NCBI GenBank assembly: GCA_051294375.1
Contig: CM119268.1
Span: forward strand, 8,551,008-8,615,007
Source of the DNA: Paraspadella gotoi
Lineage: Eukaryota > Animalia > Chaetognatha
Direction: 5' to 3'
Length of the DNA stretch: 64,000 nt
Part shown: in pieces, positions 58,306 to 64,000 of the stretch
How the letters are laid out: the number at the start of each line of letters is the position of its first letter
Position numbering within the stretch: position 1 is the first letter of the stretch
Made by a program: the position numbers and the translations under genes
The notes under the pieces: generated by a model
What the model saw: only the letters and a program-made list of their open reading frames with translations
What the model was told of the DNA's origin: nothing
The model's database searches: none

Positions 58306-61300
58306 ATGACCATGAATAACTTTGGATCGGAAGTGGACGGGGGTGGAAGAGAATCAAAAAGCGAAACGTCGGAAGCCCGAAGACGTGAGCCATGAATGAA
58401 TCGAGAGGTTTTCGAGAGAGCCGAGGTATGATGGAACTATAACGTGGAGTTTTAAAAAAAAGAATTTCACAAGATTTTTTTTTTACGATTTTTTGTTGCA
58501 GAATAACTTAATTTTATTTTAAATGTAGAAAAGGGACAGAGGAGCCCGATTAACCCTGTATTTTATAAGATTAAGGATAGTAAAAAGCTTGATCACCGAA
58601 GCAATTCCATGGATTTTCGAATTGGATTAAACAGGGGCGAGCACGGCGGTTACGTCCGGAACCGGCGGTCAATTAGACAGCGCCATTCACATTCTCATCG
58701 ACGCTACCGCCAACCGAGGAATCGCTAACGCCGAAAAGACCCCGAGACTAGAAGGCGCCAAGGACGCCGCTCGAAACCCACACAGAAACTCGAGCTACTA
58801 TTTCCAACTCATTAAACCAGAAATCGGAATCTTGTTCGTGGCTGTCTGTTGCTCCTTCGTCATGACGGGGGGAAACATGGCGCTGCCACTTATCCTGCAG
58901 AGAGCCTTCCAACTCGCCGTTCGTATGAACACAGATGTTGCGGATACGAAGGACTGGGAAGCGCTAACTAATTACATCATTTATCTTTCGCTAATCTTGA
59001 TTATATTGCCTCTCGTCAACGGAGTGCGGGTCTGGTTGACGGGGCTGGCCGGCGAGCGGTTCCTGCGCCGCCTAAGAGACATTGTATTCGCGGTTCTGCT
59101 GCAACAGCCTATCTCTTTCTTCGACAACAATATGTCGGGGGAGTTGGTGAACCGAGTTGCGTCGGACACGGAGGTGCTGTGGGGGCCGATTGTACGAATT
59201 TATTTATATCAAGTTCCTTGAACTGCGTTGCAAGCGTGCAGTACAATATGATCTTTACAGGATTCGTATTTTTTTCCCAACAGTTAAAAGATGTTAGCTA
59301 TAAAGAAGCAAAATATTCTGAGAGTTAATAGTTTAAGGGGACTCAGTGATAAAAATCATATCATAAGCTTAAGGGTCAATCATCAAAGGAATTTGAATAA
59401 TAATAGTCATTAACTTTTGTTTACATGGAAAAAAATAAAAAAAATTCATATCTCTTATTATAGCGGAAACAAAATTTTAATAATTATTAAAGATAGTTTG
59501 AGTTTAATTTTGACAACGATTTTATTTTAATGAAAAACAGACATGTTTTAGCTTCATTTCAAGCCTTCATCAGCGTTATTGTGAATTTGGAAAATATTTT
59601 TATGTAAAGGAAGAGAGAAAGAAAGATAAACAGAGAGAAAGAGAGAGGGCAAAGTTTCCAACACAGAGTTGAGAAAGGACAGTGGTCAATTGGTGAGGAC
59701 AGGCTGAAGTTGAGAAAAGACAGAGTAAGTTGTGAAAAGAAGTGAAATGGTGAAAAAGAGAGAGGGAGAGAGAGAGAGAAAAAACAGTGCAAAATCTTTA
59801 TATTGTGTTATGTATAACAATAATAAAAAGTTTTAAACTGATGAATATTAGTGAAATTTAACAATTAATCTACTTAATAATTAGTGAGAATGAAACAGGA
59901 ATAGATTTGAGAGATGAGTTAATAAGTAATAAAGTGAAATTGAAGAATAAAGATAGAGCTCAAAATGAGCTGGCCCCCCTTGGCATGGGCAAATGAGAGG
60001 CAAGATCGATGAGGCCGGGTCATTGGCATTTCATAGGCTGAGATGACAGTTGGATTGAGCTTGTCATGGATGAGCTCTATCTTTATTCTTCAATTTCACT
60101 TTATTACTTATTAACTCACCTCTCAAATCTATCATCCGTCGGTCCGCCCCCTCAATATTGTCGGGCACTAACTTATATCATGTCAGAACATCGAATTATG
60201 ATGAATTATGCAAAAAAAATGATGTCCGTCCATCCGTCTGTCTGTCCGTCCGTCCATCCGTCTGTCCATCCGTTGTCCGTCCGTCCGTCCGTCCGTCCGT
60301 CCGTCCCACCTTAGCAAAAAACATCAATTACTCGTGATTGGATGGATGGATTTGAATGAAATTTTGTGAGTGGGTAGGGAAGTGTGTGATTGAGCATCGT
60401 CCGAGTGGAAATGGTTTAAATGGAAAAAACAAAAAAATATAATTCACTATTTGAATACTAATTGCTCATGAGTGGATGGGGCGATTGACCTGGAATTTTG
60501 TATGTGAGTAGGAAAGTGGGTGATTGAACAGGAAACCAAGTTTCGATGGAATCGTTTGAGTGGAAATGAGTTTAAATGGAAAAAAAAACCTGTTTCACTA
60601 ATTGATTATGATTTTTTTTCCTTTTATATTAAATGTATATGCAGGATGTATTAAAAAATCAAATAATTAATCAGTTAATTATTCAATTAGTCAATTAATT
60701 AATCACTAATTAATTAATCAGTCAATCAATCCGTCCATCCGTCCCACCTTAGCAAAAAGCCCCAATAACTCGTGATTGGCTGGTTAGATAGGAATGAAAT
60801 TTTGTGTAAGGGTAGGAACATGTGTGATGAAGCTGGATATAAAGTTTCGACGGAATCGTGTGAGTGGATATGAGTTTAAATGGAAAAAACATAAGTCGCA
60901 TTTACTAAAATCTTTTTACTTATTTTAACCAATAAATACTCTAATTAATCATAATTGGATGGATAGATTGAGTTCAAATTTTGTGTGTGGGTAGGAAAAT
61001 GTGTGACAAAGCTTGATATAAAGTTTCGGTACGAGTGGAAATGAGTTTAAATGAAAAAAATATGAGTCACATAACTCACATTTACTTGACTCTTTTTACT
61101 TATTTTAACCCATAATAGATTGAGATGAAATTTTGTGAGCGGGAAGGAAAGTTTGTGAAGAAGCTAGATATAAAGTTTTGACGGAATTGTGCCAGTGGAA
61201 ATGAGTGTAAATGGAAAAAATATAAGTCACATTTACTTTATTTTAAGGACATCGATGATGATAAGCTGTATATAAATTTAAAAATAATTATTAAATATTA

Positions 61301-62894
61301 AAATTAATGAAATAATTAATTAATCGATTAATTAATTAGTTAATTAATTTTTGTAGGCAGATGCGACATTGTTTGCTCAAATTTGTTTAGAAATTTACCC
61401 TCTCAGAAAAATTTTTACAACATTATTATAAAAAAAATTTTATAACCCGATTGTTCCTTGTTTTGATTATATTTTTTTTGTATTACCCTAGATTGAAGTC
61501 CCTGTATTTAAGTGATTGCTTAAACTGGAACCAACTATTTCACAACGAGCCCATTATCTCCTTTCTTTTTTAATTTTAGGTGATGCAGAAGCTAGTGTCG
61601 TTTGCCCTCCCTTCGCTTTTATACTCCATAATGTTGATGATGTCGTCCTTTGTCATCATGTTCTACATAGACTGGCATCTCGCGAGCGTCTTTTGGGGAG
61701 CATTTCCCCTTGCGATAATCCTCTTTGTTTGGGAGACCAAATCAATTAAGAAGAAGAAAATGGTTTATCAGGTGAGGGTTGGAGAGTTTGGATATTTCTC
61801 TTGATAAATCTTATTTTCTTTATCTCCCGCACTCACCTAGTAAATCATCCTCAATTCCATCTCTATTCCTCTTCTATTCCTCTGATCTCCCCTGATCAGG
61901 GATGTGGAGCCGACCTAATTTTTTTTTGGGTCCAGCTCCGGTTCCGGCAAAAAAGCTCGGCTCCGGCGGCTCCAGCTCCGGGTCCGGCTCCACATCCCTG
62001 ATCAGGGGAGATCAGAGGAATAGAGATGGAATTGAGGATGATTTACTACGTGAGTGCGGGAGAGTATGAATGATAAAGAAAATAAGATTTATCAAGAGAA
62101 ATAAAAAAGAGAAAGATTTATTAGGTAAAAAATTATCAACAAGATTGCTTAAATGTATATTTGTTATTAATGCCATCTTTCCCCCATTTCACATTTCCCT
62201 TTTATTTTATTTTTTTTCACCACCAACTTAACAATTACAGCCACCTCTTCTTCCCCACAACCCGTTAAAAACTTCAGGAGCTTCTCGCGCAAGCCGGAGC
62301 CATGATCTCGGAGACGGTCACTCAGATCCGCACGGTGCGGGCCTTCGCGGCCGAGTCCCGCACGCAGAAGGCCTTTCATGCGATTTTGCAGATTGCCTAT
62401 GAGGACGGCCTCAAGCTCATCTTCATTCGCGCTGGGTTCGACGCCCTCGAGACCTTCCTCTTCAACATCTGCTACGCTGGATTCTTTATCCTCGCTGTCT
62501 TCATGATTATCTGGGGCAAAATCAAAATGGATAATGTACTTGTCTTGCTCATTTACGTCACGCAGGTGGAAAGGGCGGACCTGGTGGTCCGTCTTCGGGC
62601 GTCTTTCGTATCGTGTAGATCCGAATCATGAACGCCTCTTTCTCCAGGTTATCGCCGGCTCGGTCGAGTTGATGATGGGAGTAGCGCATGTGGCCGAAGC
62701 TACGGGTGCTTCCACGCGGACCTTCGACATCCTACAAACGCGACACGAAGACATCGTCGACAAGGCCCGATTTCGCCGGATGCTCAAGATCACGAACCCA
62801 TCGTTGGAGCACTCGGCCAAGGATTTTGACGGCTCCATCGTTTTTGACAACGTCTGCTTCTCCTACGGGAGATCGCCTCGGAATGTGTTGACCG
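58306..62894 (+). CDS. ABCB-type half-transporter (TAP/ABCB9/ABCB10-like), TMD and start of NBD; continues beyond the window
   Basis: Exons 58306-58384, 58635-59173, 61580-61771, 62278-62565, 62648-62894 join in phase. Motifs GERFLRRLR..F..LLQQPISFFD..SGELVNRVASDT, ISETVTQIRTVRAF, GSIVFDNVCFSY. Walker A is not in the window. Confidence 0.88.
59901..60132. repeat. Foldback/MITE-like element, 62-bp arms with one mismatch and 108-bp spacer
   Basis: 59901-59962 is the reverse complement of 60071-60132. Confidence 0.85.
60225..61230. repeat. (GTCC)n microsatellite followed by about 5 degenerate tandem units of ~130-200 bp
   Basis: Recurring GAAATTTTGTG..GGGTAGGAA..GAGTGGAAATGAGTTTAAATGGAAAAAA near 60357, 60493, 60797, 60976, 61128. 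Confidence 0.8.
61796..62100. mobile_element. 104-bp CAGGG-ended MITE (61897-62000) inside ~100-bp inverted flanks
   Basis: TIR CAGGGATGTGGAGCCG / CGGCTCCACATCCCTG; the flanks are inverted, not direct. Another left end occurs at 63000-63040. Confidence 0.8.
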
Positions 62895-63714
62895 GTGATT
62901 CCGAGCCGTTGGTTGGGGGGAGGTGATTGATGTTGTTGATGATGTAAGTCTTCTGCATCATCATCTTAGTCCTTGTCGGCTGCGAGTAGTTGTTGGTTCC
63001 AGGGATGTGGAGCCGGAGTCGGAGCTGGAGCCGGAGCTGAAATATATAAATCTGAAATTTTTTTTCTGTAATAAAAACCTAAATCATTTATATATCAAAA
63101 TTTTATATTGATTGGTTTTGATTTGACTTGGCACTGAGCGGAGAAAAGTTGCCTTCAAAATTGAGTTTAATTTTAAAACTCTATTTTTTTTTTTAAATCT
63201 GTTTGTCTAACTTTTTAACTATTTTTTTACAAAACTTTATATAAAAAGGTATCAATATTAATATCTTCTGAAAGCTCTTAAAAAGATTGGCATAATTAAA
63301 AATACTGTAATTTTAAAATTAGCCTATCTTACTTTAAGATAATTATTAAATTAAAAATTCTTAAAGAGCAGTTTTTGAATAATTATTAAATTATTGTTAG
63401 CTGTTTTAATTTAGTTTTTTTATGCTTTTTTATGATACCTATATAAACAATAATTGGTAAGATCATTATAGTAAAAAAAGGTCAGATATTTAAAAAAAAA
63501 TATTTTAGGATTTTATTATTTTAATTTAGATTATTTTGATTAAACTAAAGCTGGTTAAGCTTATTTTCAAGTTACAATATTCTTAAATATATCATTTTCT
63601 TCAAATTTTCAAGAGCTTTCAGAAGATATTAATATTAATACCTTTTTATATAAAAGTTCTTATTTGGAAAAAAAACAAAAATTTGTTATTTGATAACAAT
63701 GATTTTGTTTTTTT

Positions 63715-63770
63715 TTTAAATCGGACATGTTTCGACTCTAGGACTTCAGAGTCTTCATCAGCATTTAAAT
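63715..63770 (-). ncRNA. Minimal type I hammerhead ribozyme motif (Penelope-like)
   Basis: Minus strand ATTTAAATG-CTGATGA-A-GACTCT-GAAGTCCT-AGAGTC-GAAA-CATGTC-CGATTTAAA: core CUGAUGA/GAAA, 6-bp stem II, palindromic ACATGT stem III, GUC triplet. Confidence 0.8.
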
Positions 63771-63807
63771 TTACAAACGTTTCAGTTTTTAAATATTGAG
63801 TTTGCAA

Positions 63808-63864
63808 ATTTAAATGCTGATGAAGACTCAAAAGTTATAGAGTCGAAACATGTCCGATTTAAAT
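63808..63864 (+). ncRNA. Minimal type I hammerhead ribozyme motif (Penelope-like)
   Basis: ATTTAAATG-CTGATGA-A-GACTC-AAAAGTTATA-GAGTC-GAAA-CATGTC-CGATTTAAAT; predicted cleavage after C63854. Confidence 0.8.
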
Positions 63865-64000
63865 AAAAACAAAATTATTGTTGTCAAATAATCAAATAAT
63901 CTGAGTTTTAAGTAAAATCACTATAACAAGAATGCTAAATATAATTCACAGTTAAATTACCAAATATTTTGCTTATTATTTTAATATTTTTTAAAATAAT

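Noticed and set aside
60225-61230. CRISPR-like repeat-spacer array
   Set aside because: Eukaryotic intron; units are long, degenerate and lack unique equal-length spacers.

Overview
Eukaryotic (invertebrate-metazoan-like) draft genomic DNA with GC-rich exons, AT-rich introns, many (GA)n/(CT)n tracts and six N-gaps; the species cannot be named from the sequence. Genes rebuilt by hand from splice sites and recalled family motifs (no database search run): an unknown Pro/Ser-rich ORF (-), RBM25 (-), an SLC13 transporter (-), FSIP1 (+), DRC7 (+) with ADCK5 (-) nested in one intron, a furin/kexin-type proprotein convertase (-) present in two noisy tandem copies (probably an uncollapsed haplotype or long read), an XK-related multi-pass membrane protein fused to at least 3 C-type lectin domains (-), a calponin/transgelin-like gene (-) with a possible nested membrane-protein gene, and the 5' part of an ABCB half-transporter (+). 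Non-coding elements: a 1.54-kb TIR element with a visible empty site, a tRNA-derived SINE pair, Helentron-like fragments, foldback elements and an inverted pair of minimal hammerhead ribozymes. The best candidate for an undescribed system is the XK-scramblase-like/C-type-lectin chimera, whose fusion point lies inside one uninterrupted exon. Indel noise at about 32.6-46.4 kb and 51.9-52.0 kb limits frame-level claims there.
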